This document shows, one piece after another, positions 29,149 through 39,325 of a stretch of 64,000 nucleotides of DNA. The stretch covers positions 416,001 through 480,000 of the forward strand of contig CAXWPJ010000002.1 of assembly GCA_963664115.2 (NCBI GenBank), read 5' to 3'. This stretch comes from Terriglobia bacterium (GTDB lineage Bacteria > Acidobacteriota > Terriglobia > 20CM-2-55-15). Position 1 is the first letter of the stretch; each line of letters starts with the position of its first letter. The notes below the pieces were generated by a model. It was given only the letters and a program-made list of their open reading frames with translations, had not been told where the DNA came from and made no database searches. The position numbers and the translations under genes are program-made.

Positions 29149-29604
29149 CTAACCCACTGGATCTCCAGCGCTGACGCCGGTGGGCAGGGTTTCCCCCGAT
29201 GCTGCGTCTCGATAGCGGACGACGAAGTCCACCGCGGAATAGTAATTATATCGGCCTTGCGTACCCGTCGCGATCGCGGAAACCGTGTAGTCTGAAGTTC
29301 CACCACCGTACACGCTGTAGGCATATCCGGCTAGCACTGCCCCATTTGCTGTGAAGCGGGCGTCGAGCATCCCCCCAGAGGACAAATCCCCAAGACTTCC
29401 AAAAGTGCCGTTCGTAGACAAGTAGGTGGTCTGCGCGGCATTGACGTTCTTGAGCGTCGACACCGCCGCGGACTCGTTCGCTGCCTGCCGGGATCGCAGT
29501 AGACTTGGAATCGCAATCGTGGCAATGATCAGGATGATCGCCACGACGATCAGGAGCTCAAGAAGGGAAAAGCCATGTTGTGACGAAATTTTTCTCATTC
29601 GCAT
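29149..29604 (-). CDS. Type IV pilin (paralog 2)
   Basis: HG|FSLLELLIVVAIILIIATIAIP; start 29604 or 29598. Confidence 0.92.
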   Translation of the reverse strand: MRMRKISSQHGFSLLELLIVVAIILIIATIAIPSLLRSRQAANESAAVSTLKNVNAAQTTYLSTNGTFGSLGDLSSGGMLDARFTANGAVLAGYAYSVYGGGTSDYTVSAIATGTQGRYNYYSAVDFVVRYRDAASGETLPTGVSAGDPVG

Positions 29605-29712
29605 TCGGCTTCGGCTAAATCGTAGTTTAGTTGATGAGGGGAACACTGTCCCCCTCATCTCCTGAAACACTCATGCGAGTGGTATCTGAAAAAATCGAGC
29701 CCAGTCCGATGA

Positions 29713-30153
29713 CTAACCGACTGGATCTCCAGCATTCGTATTGGTCGGCAGGCTCTCTCCCGCCGCCGCATCACGATAGCGCACGACGCCGTCCGGTCCG
29801 CTGTAGTAGTTGAATCGGCCGCTGGTTCCGTCGACAAGAGCTGAAACCCTGTAGTCGCCGGTGCCCCCACCGTACATGGTGTAGGTAAAGCCACCCACAA
29901 CCAGGCCGTCAGCCGAGAACCGGTCATCCAGCAGGCCCGCACCACTCAGGTTCGGAAAAGATCCGAAGCTGCCGTTCGTGGAAACATAGGTCACCTGAGA
30001 TGTGTTGATCGCCCGGAGGTTGGAAACAGCACCGGACTCATTTGCGGCCTGCCGCGACCGCAGCAAGCTGGGGATGGCGATCGTCGCAATGATCAGAATG
30101 ATCGCAACAACGATCAGCAGTTCCAAAAGCGAGAAACCACGACTTTTCTTCAT
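29713..30153 (-). CDS. Type IV pilin (paralog 1, likely major PilA)
   Basis: MKKSRG|FSLLELLIVVAIILIIATIAIP; GGAGG RBS; first gene after the sigma54 site. Confidence 0.93.
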   Translation of the reverse strand: MKKSRGFSLLELLIVVAIILIIATIAIPSLLRSRQAANESGAVSNLRAINTSQVTYVSTNGSFGSFPNLSGAGLLDDRFSADGLVVGGFTYTMYGGGTGDYRVSALVDGTSGRFNYYSGPDGVVRYRDAAAGESLPTNTNAGDPVG

Positions 30154-30322
30154 TCTTTCGTTCCCTCCCAGGGAATTGTGCAAGATGGCTTTGAGACTCT
30201 AGTCGTCTCTCGTCTAAAGCACGTTACGGTTACGTCAAGTCATACGTCAACAATAATTTTCGGCCTTTTTGAGGCACCGGTGCCCGCATATCGGACCCCA
30301 TCAAAAGCGCTGGTCTTGGTAT

Positions 30323-30338
30323 AGCAACTGCAACGCCA
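30323..30338 (-). promoter_or_regulatory. sigma54 -24/-12 promoter of the pilin genes
   Basis: Minus strand TGGCGTTGCAGTTGCT (GG-N10-GC), about 170 nt upstream of the pilin ATG. Confidence 0.65.
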
Positions 30339-30479
30339 CAAGGGCCGGGACGTGCGTTTCCTTGCACTTGCGGCTGCCGATCCACCTGGGAAGCGACATA
30401 TTTTGTCACTTCACGTACAAAAAATGGTATACAAAAACCCTCGGGTCGAGCGGATCACCCCGGGTAGTATCAGGAACGC

Positions 30480-32474
30480 ATGATCGAGCCCGACACAGCA
30501 AATCCCATTCCGGTATCTGCTATGCGGCAGTCGTCGAAGCTGCCTTACCTCACGGGAATCGCAGTAGTTCTGTTGGTTTTCGTCACGCCATTCGGAAGCG
30601 AATCCACCGCTGGATGGGCCATTTTCGTCCACCGTGCGTTGTTGTTTGCCATCGCCGGGATGTGCCTTGTCGGCCTCCGCGATCGGGAAACACGCGACTT
30701 TGGGATTGGAATATATGCCCTGGCCAGCCTCAGCCTGCTGATTATGTTCCTGGCCGTCTGGAGCAGTAATAGAAACCTCTTTGATGGATTTCATCTCTGG
30801 TACCACCACATATTGTTTGCCCTGTTCTTCGTCGCTATCGCACGGTTAAGCCGCACGCAGTCAATGCGGTGGAAGTCGGGAGTGTTGGCATCGGTGACCT
30901 CCGTCATGGTCGGCCACCTGATATGGAGCACCCTCACCGAAATTACGCCGCTATCGGGGCCATTCGTAAACCCCAACTATTTCGGCTCCTATCTGCTGGT
31001 GGGATTCTCAATCAGCCTCGCGATCGCTGCCCGTCACGTAGCGATTCGCTGGCGCATCGCGGGAGCCCTCTCAGCAACGTTTTTGCTGTACGGGATCACT
31101 CAGACACTGTCGCGTGGCGCCCTCGTGGCCGCGCTTGGCGTCATGGTCCTGGGTCTCTACAAAATGGTCCTGGGTCTCTACAAAATGAACCGGAGGCTGC
31201 AGCTTGCGGCAGCAATAATCGGACTTATCATCCTGCTCTTCCTGCTCGCAGTCTTCAGCCCGCAGCTGATCAACAAGTTTTCTGACATCCAAACGTTCGA
31301 TCCCTACAACTACATGCGTCCTCAAATTTGGAGGAGTACTTTAAATATGATCGGCGAGTCCCCGCTGACCGGGTTGGGGATGAATGCCTATGAAGACGCT
31401 GCCAGTCGCTTCCCCGTAGCGGCCGAAGGAACCGTCGGTCGTTATGCGCGACGACACAAGATGGCCCATTCCGAGTACCTCCACTACAGCGCTGAAATCG
31501 GCATTCCCGGAGCTTTGCTGTTCGTGTCCCTCTTGGCCTATATCTTTCTGGCCCAGGCACGGGCACGGGCGAGGCCCCCGGCAAGCGAAGCATTTCTGAC
31601 AGAAGCCGGATTCCTGGCCGCCGCCGGCATCGGAGCGCACGCACTCGTGGACAATAACTTCAGTGTCCCCGTCGTTGCGGCGGTTCTGACCGTGGTGGCC
31701 CTGGCGCCACTGCCCATGCCGCGATATTCCAGCATCCGTCTGCCCCGTTCCCTTGAAGGCAAGACGGTCCTAGCGTTCGTCCTGGTCGCATTGTTCGCCC
31801 ACTCCACCATCGTTCCAACTTTGGCAGCTTACTTCAACGAATCGGGGCAACGGGCATTTCAAAACGAACGGTTTGACGCAGCTGAACGGGCCCACAGGCG
31901 TGCAGTCGCCCTAGCTCCTGACCATCCGCTGCTGCTGACGAATCTCGGCACCATGTATCTGGCCCGATTCTCGCGTACCGGAGATCCGCACTGGCTCGAC
32001 GCTGCCGACGCTTTCTTTTCGCGGGCGGTGACCCTGAACCCCGATTTCATAGTGGCCTGGAGGCAGCGCCACGCTGTCCTCACCCGGAAGCTGAACACCG
32101 ATGGACTTGAATCTTTCGAAGTGCTCTCACGGTTGATTGAGAACTCCAGGGACATCCTGAATGTCGACCCGGTCAGCGTGTTCGTGCGTCGCAACCTTGC
32201 CGAAGCTCTGTATTCCTCAGGGAGGCGTGACGAAGCAATCCGGGAACTCAGTCAGGCCATCGAACTCGAACCGAATTTCGTTCCGGCATCCCGGAAGCTC
32301 GCCCAGTGGTACGAAGAAGCAGGCGACATCGCGCGGGGCGAATCTCTGCGCCGGGAAGCGGACCGCATCGTCGCAGAGTTCCAGAATGCAGAAGAATTGA
32401 ACGGATACGAACTCAACCTGCTCGGCCGTGGAGAACAAGGGCCCGGACCAGAGGCGAGGCTGGCGGACGAATGA
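30480..32474 (+). CDS. Wzy_C (O-antigen ligase / O-oligosaccharyltransferase) family membrane protein with C-terminal TPRs, copy 1
   Basis: GPFVNPNYF, TLSRGA, RPQIW...PLTGLG, AHSEYL...EIGIPG, HALVDNNF; TPR-like tail. Confidence 0.85.
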   Translation: MIEPDTANPIPVSAMRQSSKLPYLTGIAVVLLVFVTPFGSESTAGWAIFVHRALLFAIAGMCLVGLRDRETRDFGIGIYALASLSLLIMFLAVWSSNRNLFDGFHLWYHHILFALFFVAIARLSRTQSMRWKSGVLASVTSVMVGHLIWSTLTEITPLSGPFVNPNYFGSYLLVGFSISLAIAARHVAIRWRIAGALSATFLLYGITQTLSRGALVAALGVMVLGLYKMVLGLYKMNRRLQLAAAIIGLIILLFLLAVFSPQLINKFSDIQTFDPYNYMRPQIWRSTLNMIGESPLTGLGMNAYEDAASRFPVAAEGTVGRYARRHKMAHSEYLHYSAEIGIPGALLFVSLLAYIFLAQARARARPPASEAFLTEAGFLAAAGIGAHALVDNNFSVPVVAAVLTVVALAPLPMPRYSSIRLPRSLEGKTVLAFVLVALFAHSTIVPTLAAYFNESGQRAFQNERFDAAERAHRRAVALAPDHPLLLTNLGTMYLARFSRTGDPHWLDAADAFFSRAVTLNPDFIVAWRQRHAVLTRKLNTDGLESFEVLSRLIENSRDILNVDPVSVFVRRNLAEALYSSGRRDEAIRELSQAIELEPNFVPASRKLAQWYEEAGDIARGESLRREADRIVAEFQNAEELNGYELNLLGRGEQGPGPEARLADE

Positions 32475-34246
32475 CCGAGAACAGAGGAACAATGGCCCAA
32501 ATGCTGGCGCTCACTGCCATGGCCGGTGTCATCCTCGCCCCCCCGGAGGTGTTTGGATCCGGACGGATGATCCTGGTTTTGTGCTCGACCTTTGCTCTAT
32601 TGATTCTGATGTTGGACGAAAAGATCTCTTTCCGATTTTTGTGGGGCGGCGTGGTGGGCACTCTGTTCCTGGTGTGGCATGCGTTCTGGATCTCAATCGA
32701 CGTCTACCGATCCCTCGAATTTTACGAAATCCTCTGGTCCTACTATTGCCTTTTTGGGGTCTTCTACTACGGCTCGCGGAATTCCCGGGGCCGAGTGGCT
32801 CTCACGCTGGTTCTGCTCTCGGTTGCCGTTTCGAGCTACGGAATCTATGAGTTCTTGTGGGGCAGCACCAGCTATATCCTGTCGATCTCAGCGGAAACGA
32901 GCGAGATCATTCGAACACCAGTCCTAGACGCCACGTCCAGACCCCGCATCATGGCAACCTTCGCAATGCCGGGCACGCTCTGGGGCTTCCTGCTCATCAC
33001 CCTACCTTTCCACGCGATGCTCTGGAAGCACTCCCGGACATCTGAGTGGAAACACGCCCGAACATTGATCCGGGGGGGACTTGCGGTGAGCGTCGCACTG
33101 CTGCTGACGGCAGGCGCCCTGACGCGTTCGTTCGGGTTTGTAGCCGGCCTGCTGACTATCGTGCTGGCCTGGTTGCTTATTCGACCTGGAGACCGGCGGC
33201 GGCGTGCGGTCGGCATTGCTGTGACCGCGCTTCTGGCAGTACTAGGCACTGGGATCTATTCCGTTCGTGTCGGTGGATATGACCCGGTGACGCTTCGATT
33301 GCAGAACTGGTTCACCGCTTCAGAGATCTTCGCGACCTATCCTTTCGGCGCAGGCTTGAACAATTATGCCGTTGCCTACCTGCAGCACCAGCAACTCGGT
33401 GCCAACGAGAGCCAGTACGCCCACAACACTCCCCTGCAACTGCTTTCGGAAACAGGAGTCTTCGGGCTGATCGCCGGGATACTGTGTATCGTTTTTCTGG
33501 TGCGACATCGGACCCGTCTTTCCCAACTGGTTTACGAACAGCAATACCTCGTCCTTGCACTGGTCCTCTGGATCGTTCACAACCTCATCGACATCGATTT
33601 GTATTTCGCCAGCGTAGGAGCGGTGGGTGTCATTCTGACAGGCGTTCTGGGGGCCGCGTTTCACGATCAAAGGCCTGTCAACGCGCCAGCGAAAGCCCTG
33701 TCGAAATGGGTACTGGGAAGTGTTGGCGCGATTGCGATCGCCATCGTCGTGTCCTCCGGTGTCATTTATGTTTCCGGTGAACTGCTCCGAAGAGCCCAAA
33801 CCGAACTGAGTTACCTTCGCGTGGCCCAAGCCCACGAGACTCTGGAATCGGCAACCACGATCAACCCCTTCAACTCTAGCATCCTCCACGAAGCCGGACA
33901 GGTGGCCCTGGAAATGTTCCAGGACACCGGGGAGCGGCGCTATCTGGAACAGTCTCAGGAATACTTTGCCAACGCCGTTCGCTTGAGTTCGAACAAAGTG
34001 GGTCCTCACCTGGGACTCGCGCTCACCATGTCGACCGAGGATAGGATCCACGAAGCACTGGCGGAACTGGAGATCGCCCAGACCATGCACCCCTACAGCC
34101 GATACGTGAGTTCGATCCGCCGTCTGGTCGAAAACCGGCAATCCCCCGGTTCGGCACTCGAAGCTCCGGAAGCCCCCGACAACCCGATCGGCACAGACGT
34201 CCCAGAGGATACGGATGCTTCGGTCCCAGTCGAAGCGACCCCGTGA
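32471..34246 (+). CDS. Wzy_C family membrane protein with C-terminal TPRs, copy 2
   Basis: ATGA overlap with copy 1; RLQNW...PFGAGLNNY, AHNTPLQLLSETG, HNLIDID; TPR-like tail. Confidence 0.82.
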   Translation: MTENRGTMAQMLALTAMAGVILAPPEVFGSGRMILVLCSTFALLILMLDEKISFRFLWGGVVGTLFLVWHAFWISIDVYRSLEFYEILWSYYCLFGVFYYGSRNSRGRVALTLVLLSVAVSSYGIYEFLWGSTSYILSISAETSEIIRTPVLDATSRPRIMATFAMPGTLWGFLLITLPFHAMLWKHSRTSEWKHARTLIRGGLAVSVALLLTAGALTRSFGFVAGLLTIVLAWLLIRPGDRRRRAVGIAVTALLAVLGTGIYSVRVGGYDPVTLRLQNWFTASEIFATYPFGAGLNNYAVAYLQHQQLGANESQYAHNTPLQLLSETGVFGLIAGILCIVFLVRHRTRLSQLVYEQQYLVLALVLWIVHNLIDIDLYFASVGAVGVILTGVLGAAFHDQRPVNAPAKALSKWVLGSVGAIAIAIVVSSGVIYVSGELLRRAQTELSYLRVAQAHETLESATTINPFNSSILHEAGQVALEMFQDTGERRYLEQSQEYFANAVRLSSNKVGPHLGLALTMSTEDRIHEALAELEIAQTMHPYSRYVSSIRRLVENRQSPGSALEAPEAPDNPIGTDVPEDTDASVPVEATP

Positions 34247-34258
34247 CTCTTTAATGTT

Positions 34259-34275
34259 TTGGCACCGCGGATGCA
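34259..34275 (+). promoter_or_regulatory. sigma54-like -24/-12 promoter upstream of the glycan operon
   Basis: TTGGCAC-CGCGG-ATGCA (GG-N10-GC). Confidence 0.6.
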
Positions 34276-34491
34276 GTTACTTCAGCGGAGGTGCCCCGTG
34301 ACCGATCATCATCAGACTCGCCATATCACCATCACAACAACTGACAACCGGCTAAATCCACAGCACTTACCGTTCACCCGCGGTAGCGCGGGCTCCTCCC
34401 AGAAACTGAACACTGTCGGAAATCGTGTCAATAAATTGGACAGAAGTCGAAATTTTGACGTTCCTGAGGCGTTAGATTTATTAGCCCAATC

Positions 34492-35271
34492 ATGAATCAA
34501 CCAAGCTCCATGTCGTCGCTGTGTGCGCAGACACCCGTCGTCATACTAGCGGGCGGCAAGGGCACCCGACTGCTGCCCTACACGACCGCTTTGCCTAAAC
34601 CGCTGATGCCGGTCGGGAACTACCCAATCCTCGAAATTCTCCTTAAACAACTCGCCGCTTACGGGTTTCGGGACGTCACGCTCGCCGTGGGCCATCTGGC
34701 CGGTCTCGTCCAGGCGTATTTCAAGGACGGCAAACAACTGGGGCTGGATATTGGCTACACCTACGAAACGACACCTCTGGGAACGGCGGGGCCTCTGTCG
34801 CGCTTGCCCCATTTCGATCGGAGCATCCTGGTCCTGAATGGCGATCTGCTGACCGACGTGAACTTCGGTCAGATCGTGCGGCATCACTACAAAAATGAAG
34901 CGACCGCGACGATTGGTATGACGCTCCGGACCGAATCTGTGGACTTTGGTGTGATCGAATCAGGACCCGACGACAGGATCGTCGCTTTCCAGGAAAAGCC
35001 GCAGATGAATTATCTCGTGAGCATGGGAATTTATGTATTCACGCCCCGGGTGATCGATTTTATTCCGCGATCCACTCGCTTCGATTTTCCGGATCTGCTC
35101 GAGAGACTGCTGGACAACGGTTCAAAAGTAATCGGGTATCAAAGCGAAGCCTACTGGATGGATGTGGGACGCCCTGCTGACTACGAGAAAGCGAACGAAG
35201 ACTTCCCGATGAAGGAACATGAGTTTCTGGAACCCCATGTGGAATACGAGGCTGTCGGAACTCGAGTTTGA
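34492..35271 (+). CDS. Sugar-phosphate nucleotidyltransferase (GDP-mannose pyrophosphorylase-like)
   Basis: ILAGGKGTRLLP.T..LPKPL, PLGTAG, NGD, EKP, WMDVG. Confidence 0.9.
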   Translation: MNQPSSMSSLCAQTPVVILAGGKGTRLLPYTTALPKPLMPVGNYPILEILLKQLAAYGFRDVTLAVGHLAGLVQAYFKDGKQLGLDIGYTYETTPLGTAGPLSRLPHFDRSILVLNGDLLTDVNFGQIVRHHYKNEATATIGMTLRTESVDFGVIESGPDDRIVAFQEKPQMNYLVSMGIYVFTPRVIDFIPRSTRFDFPDLLERLLDNGSKVIGYQSEAYWMDVGRPADYEKANEDFPMKEHEFLEPHVEYEAVGTRV

Positions 35272-36379
35272 CGGTGACGAGCTGGCGGCATCGCTCAGTG
35301 CGATCGAGTCCGGTTGGATAACCGCCGGTGTGCGAACCGAGGCCTTCGAGGAAGCGTTCGCGCGGGTGGGGGGCACGTCCCATGCGGTCGCGGTCTCGAA
35401 TGGGACGGCCGCTCTGATGCTGGCGCTTAAAGCAGTTGGCATCGGCCCGGGAGACGAAGTCCTATGCCCCTCCCTCACGTTTGCCGCCACAGCCGCAGCC
35501 ATCATTCACTGCGGGGCGACACCGGTATTCGTCGATATTGCCAGTCTCGCCGATCCCACAATGGACCCCGTGGATGCGGCCCGGAAGCTCACACGGAAAA
35601 CCCGGGCTATCCTCCCGGTTCACTACGCCGGCATTCCCTGCCAAATGGACCCGCTGGAAACAATGGCCCGTGACCACAATATCGTCATCGTCGAAGACGC
35701 CGCTCACGCGCCGGGCGCGTCTTACCGCGGCCGCAGGGCAGGGAGCCTGGGAACGGCAGGATGTTTCAGCCTCTTCGGCAACAAGAACATCACCACGGCC
35801 GAAGGTGGCGTCGTCACGACCCACGATCCTGAACTGGCCGACAAAGTCAGGCTCCTACGAAGCCACGGCATGACGTCTTCGAGTTGGGATAAAGGAAACG
35901 GACGGCATCCGTGCTACGACGTCGTGGAAATAGGCTTCAACTTTCGCTTCGATGACATTCGCGCGTCGATTGGACTGGCCCAACTCCGAAAGCTGGACGA
36001 CATCAACCGTCGCCGCAGAACTCTCGTCTCCTATTACAACGCGCGTATCCAAACCGAATTGCCCGATCTCCTACTACCTCTTGCGGCCGTCACCCCAGAA
36101 CGGAATCCCTCATACCACATTTACCCGATTCTCCTCGCGAATGGGGACGAACGAGACCGTATGGAAAGCCGACTCGGCGACGCTGGAATCCAGACCAGCA
36201 TCCACTATCGTCCGGTCCACCAGTTGACTGCGTTCCGACGGCTTTTCCCCAACGTGAGGCTACCAAAGACCGAGGCCTACGGAGCACGCGAATTGACACT
36301 GCCGCTCTATCCTTCGATGCTCTCCACCCAGGTTGACACCATCGTGGACTCCATGGTCCACTCCTACACGCATATTTAG
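35237..36379 (+). CDS. DegT/DnrJ/EryC1/StrS sugar aminotransferase
   Basis: SNGTAAL, VHYAG, EDAAHA, SLFGNKNITTAEGG (PLP Lys). Start 35237 or 35219. Confidence 0.92.
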   Translation: MWNTRLSELEFDGDELAASLSAIESGWITAGVRTEAFEEAFARVGGTSHAVAVSNGTAALMLALKAVGIGPGDEVLCPSLTFAATAAAIIHCGATPVFVDIASLADPTMDPVDAARKLTRKTRAILPVHYAGIPCQMDPLETMARDHNIVIVEDAAHAPGASYRGRRAGSLGTAGCFSLFGNKNITTAEGGVVTTHDPELADKVRLLRSHGMTSSSWDKGNGRHPCYDVVEIGFNFRFDDIRASIGLAQLRKLDDINRRRRTLVSYYNARIQTELPDLLLPLAAVTPERNPSYHIYPILLANGDERDRMESRLGDAGIQTSIHYRPVHQLTAFRRLFPNVRLPKTEAYGARELTLPLYPSMLSTQVDTIVDSMVHSYTHI

Positions 36380-36442
36380 TCAGCCCTCAGCTTCGGACAT
36401 CCAGCTAGCACTTTGAGCTGATAACTGAACGCTGATAGCCCT

Positions 36443-37459
36443 ATGCCAAGCAAGACCGCACTGATCACAGGCATTACCGGACAGGACGGTTCATATCTAG
36501 CCGAACTCCTCCTCTCCAAGGGCTATGCAGTCCATGGCCTGATCCGGCGTTCCAGTTCTTTCAACACACAGCGAATTGACCACATTTATCAGGACCCCCA
36601 CGTCGCGGAACCCAAACTGCGCCTTCACTTCGCCGATCTGAACGATGGCAGTTCCCTAAACAAGTTGATCCGCACCCTGGAACCGGACGAAATCTACAAT
36701 CTCGGGGCGCAGAGCCATGTTCGGGTCAGCTTCGACATTCCCGAATACACGGGCGATAGCGCGGGTCTGGGGGCGGTCCGCTTGCTAGAAGCCATTCGCG
36801 AGGCCGGTGTGAACACGCGCTACTACCAGGCCTCGAGCAGCGAGATGTTCGGCAACGCCAAGGAAAGCCCTCAAACCGAAAACACGCCTCTCGAACCCCG
36901 GAGCCCTTACGCTGCAGCCAAGGTCTACGCGTACTGGACGACGATCAACTACCGCGAAGCCTACGACCTGTTTGCCGTCAACGGCATTCTGTTCAATCAC
37001 GAGTCTCCCCGGCGGGGTGAAACGTTCGTATCACGCAAGATTTCCCTGGGAGCGGCGCGGATCAAACTGGGCGTTCAGGACAAGCTCTATCTGGGAAATC
37101 TGGAAGCGCAGCGGGACTGGGGATTCGCAGGTGACTACGTGGAAGCGATGTGGCTGATGTTGCAACAGGACAAGGCTGAAGATTATGTCGTCGCCACCGG
37201 CGAAACCCATTCGGTTCGAGACTTCCTGGACCTAGCCTTCCAGCATGCAGATCTGGACTGGGCGCCCCATGTCGAGATCGATTCAAAGTACTTCCGCCCC
37301 ACCGAAGTCGACGTACTGATCGGCGACGCGTCGAAAGCACGAAGAACTCTGGGCTGGGAGCCCCGGGTCCGATTTGAAGCTTTGGTACGCATGATGGTGG
37401 ACGCTGACCTGACTGCAGAGCGGATCAAACTGGAAGGCACCCGCGCCGGCGCTTCTTAG
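36443..37459 (+). CDS. gmd: GDP-mannose 4,6-dehydratase
   Basis: [43 protein letters not shown]. Confidence 0.97.
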   Translation: MPSKTALITGITGQDGSYLAELLLSKGYAVHGLIRRSSSFNTQRIDHIYQDPHVAEPKLRLHFADLNDGSSLNKLIRTLEPDEIYNLGAQSHVRVSFDIPEYTGDSAGLGAVRLLEAIREAGVNTRYYQASSSEMFGNAKESPQTENTPLEPRSPYAAAKVYAYWTTINYREAYDLFAVNGILFNHESPRRGETFVSRKISLGAARIKLGVQDKLYLGNLEAQRDWGFAGDYVEAMWLMLQQDKAEDYVVATGETHSVRDFLDLAFQHADLDWAPHVEIDSKYFRPTEVDVLIGDASKARRTLGWEPRVRFEALVRMMVDADLTAERIKLEGTRAGAS

Positions 37460-37460
37460 G

Positions 37461-38426
37461 ATGGGATTTTGGACCGACAAGAGAGTCATGGTCACCGGAG
37501 GCGACGGATTTCTGGGATCGCGCGTTGTCGCCGAACTCAAAACCCGGGCTTGCGGAAATGTCTTCGTGCCCGCACACGCCCACTACAACCTGGTCGACGC
37601 AGCCGACGTGGAGAGGGCGTACACCGACGGAAAACCGGATCTGGTGATTCACTTGGCCGGTAACGTCGGCGGTATCGGCGCCAATCAGTCCAATCCCGGA
37701 ACCTATTTCTACGACACCGCGATGATGGGACTCCAACTGATGGAGGCAGCCCGCCTTCGTGGCGTGGGAAAGTTTGTCGCCATGGGCACGATCTGTGCCT
37801 ACCCAATGCACACGCCTATCCCTTTTCGCGAAGAAAACCTGTGGGACGGTTATCCAGAAGAGACCAATGCCCCGTACGGTCTAGCCAAAAAGATGATGCT
37901 CGTCCAGGCCCAGGCGTACCGCCAGCAATACGGTTTCAACGGGATCTACCTGCTTCCAGTAAATTTGTACGGACCGAAGGATAAATCAGACCCGGAAACG
38001 TCCCATGTTATCCCAGCGCTGATTCGGAAATGCCTGGAGGCCGTTCGGAATGGCCAGGATGAGATCCTGGCCTGGGGGTCGGGGAAACCCACGCGCGAGT
38101 TCCTCTACGTCGACGACGCGGCCCAAGCTGTGATTCTCGCAGCCGAGCACTACAACGGCGCCGAACCGGTCAACATCGGCTCCGGAATATCGATCCGCAT
38201 CCGCGATTTGGCGAACCTGATCGCTAAACTGAGTGGCTTCAGAGGGCGCATCGTCTGGGACGACAGCAGGCCGGACGGCCAGCCCGCACGACAGCTTGAT
38301 GTCAGCCGGGCCCGCAAGCTGTTCGACTTCACGGCCAAAACGCCCTTCGAGGAAGGCCTCAGGCGAACTATCGACTGGTACGCACGCCAGTTCTCTTCAA
38401 CCGACATCCTGGAATCCAGAACTTGA
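37461..38426 (+). CDS. fcl: GDP-L-fucose synthase
   Basis: [45 protein letters not shown]. Confidence 0.92.
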   Translation: MGFWTDKRVMVTGGDGFLGSRVVAELKTRACGNVFVPAHAHYNLVDAADVERAYTDGKPDLVIHLAGNVGGIGANQSNPGTYFYDTAMMGLQLMEAARLRGVGKFVAMGTICAYPMHTPIPFREENLWDGYPEETNAPYGLAKKMMLVQAQAYRQQYGFNGIYLLPVNLYGPKDKSDPETSHVIPALIRKCLEAVRNGQDEILAWGSGKPTREFLYVDDAAQAVILAAEHYNGAEPVNIGSGISIRIRDLANLIAKLSGFRGRIVWDDSRPDGQPARQLDVSRARKLFDFTAKTPFEEGLRRTIDWYARQFSSTDILESRT

Positions 38427-39325
38427 AAATCAAGAGCAATACCGACGCGATCGAGTCAGAAAGCGTCTCCGAAAACGATGGCAGTCCAAGTGTCTCTATG
38501 TTCGAGATCCGCTCAAGTTCGGGATGGCGCCTGCTGGACGTTCGCGAGCTGTGGCAGTTCCGTGAGGTCGCGTACTTTCTGACACTCCGAGATATCAAAG
38601 TCCGTTACAAGCAGACTGCAATCGGCGTCACATGGGCGCTCCTCCAGCCAGCAGCGATGATGGTTGTTTTCACGTTGTTCTTTGGTCGCATGGCCGGAGT
38701 GCCCTCGGAGGGAATTCCCTATCCTCTGTTTGCGCTGGCCGGGCTGATGCCGTGGCAACTCTTTTCACGGGCAATATCGGAATCGACCCAAAGTCTAGTC
38801 ACAGATCAACGCCTGATCACCCGTGTGTATTTTCCGCGGATCATGGTCCCGCTTTCCTCAGTGCTGGCAGCATCTGTTGATTTCCTGATCACCGGTGGGC
38901 TCGTCGGAGGCCTCATGCTCTACTTCGGCGTGGGGGTCCAGGCCCAGGTCGTGTGGTTGCCGCTGTTCGTCATTCTGATGGTGGTTACGGCGCTGGGTGT
39001 CGGATTTTGGCTCTCTGCTTTGAATGTTGAATACCGCGACGTCATGTATACCGTGCCGTTTCTTAACCAATTTTGGCTCTTCGTCACACCGGTCATCTAT
39101 CCAGCCAGTTCCGTTCCCGAACGATGGCGCCTCCTCTACGGACTGAATCCTATGACCGGAGTGGTCGAAGGTTTTCGCTGGAGCCTGCTGGACGCTGGCC
39201 AGGCGCCAGGACAGATGATGGCAGTATCTGCGCTCGTGAGCCTGACTCTGCTCGTGACCGGGATCGTTTGGTTTCGGCGCCGTGAACGAACGTTCGTCGA
39301 CGCCTTGGGATCGGGGGGACGATAA
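38423..39325 (+). CDS. ABC-2 polysaccharide exporter permease (Wzm)
   Basis: [30 protein letters not shown]. Confidence 0.93.
   Translation: MKIKSNTDAIESESVSENDGSPSVSMFEIRSSSGWRLLDVRELWQFREVAYFLTLRDIKVRYKQTAIGVTWALLQPAAMMVVFTLFFGRMAGVPSEGIPYPLFALAGLMPWQLFSRAISESTQSLVTDQRLITRVYFPRIMVPLSSVLAASVDFLITGGLVGGLMLYFGVGVQAQVVWLPLFVILMVVTALGVGFWLSALNVEYRDVMYTVPFLNQFWLFVTPVIYPASSVPERWRLLYGLNPMTGVVEGFRWSLLDAGQAPGQMMAVSALVSLTLLVTGIVWFRRRERTFVDALGSGGR

Noticed and set aside
29149-30153. Electrically conductive (e-pili) pilins
   Set aside because: The mature pilin at 29149 has 13 aromatics in 140 residues, but none between positions 2 and 49, lacking the F24/Y27 equivalents of Geobacter-type pilins.
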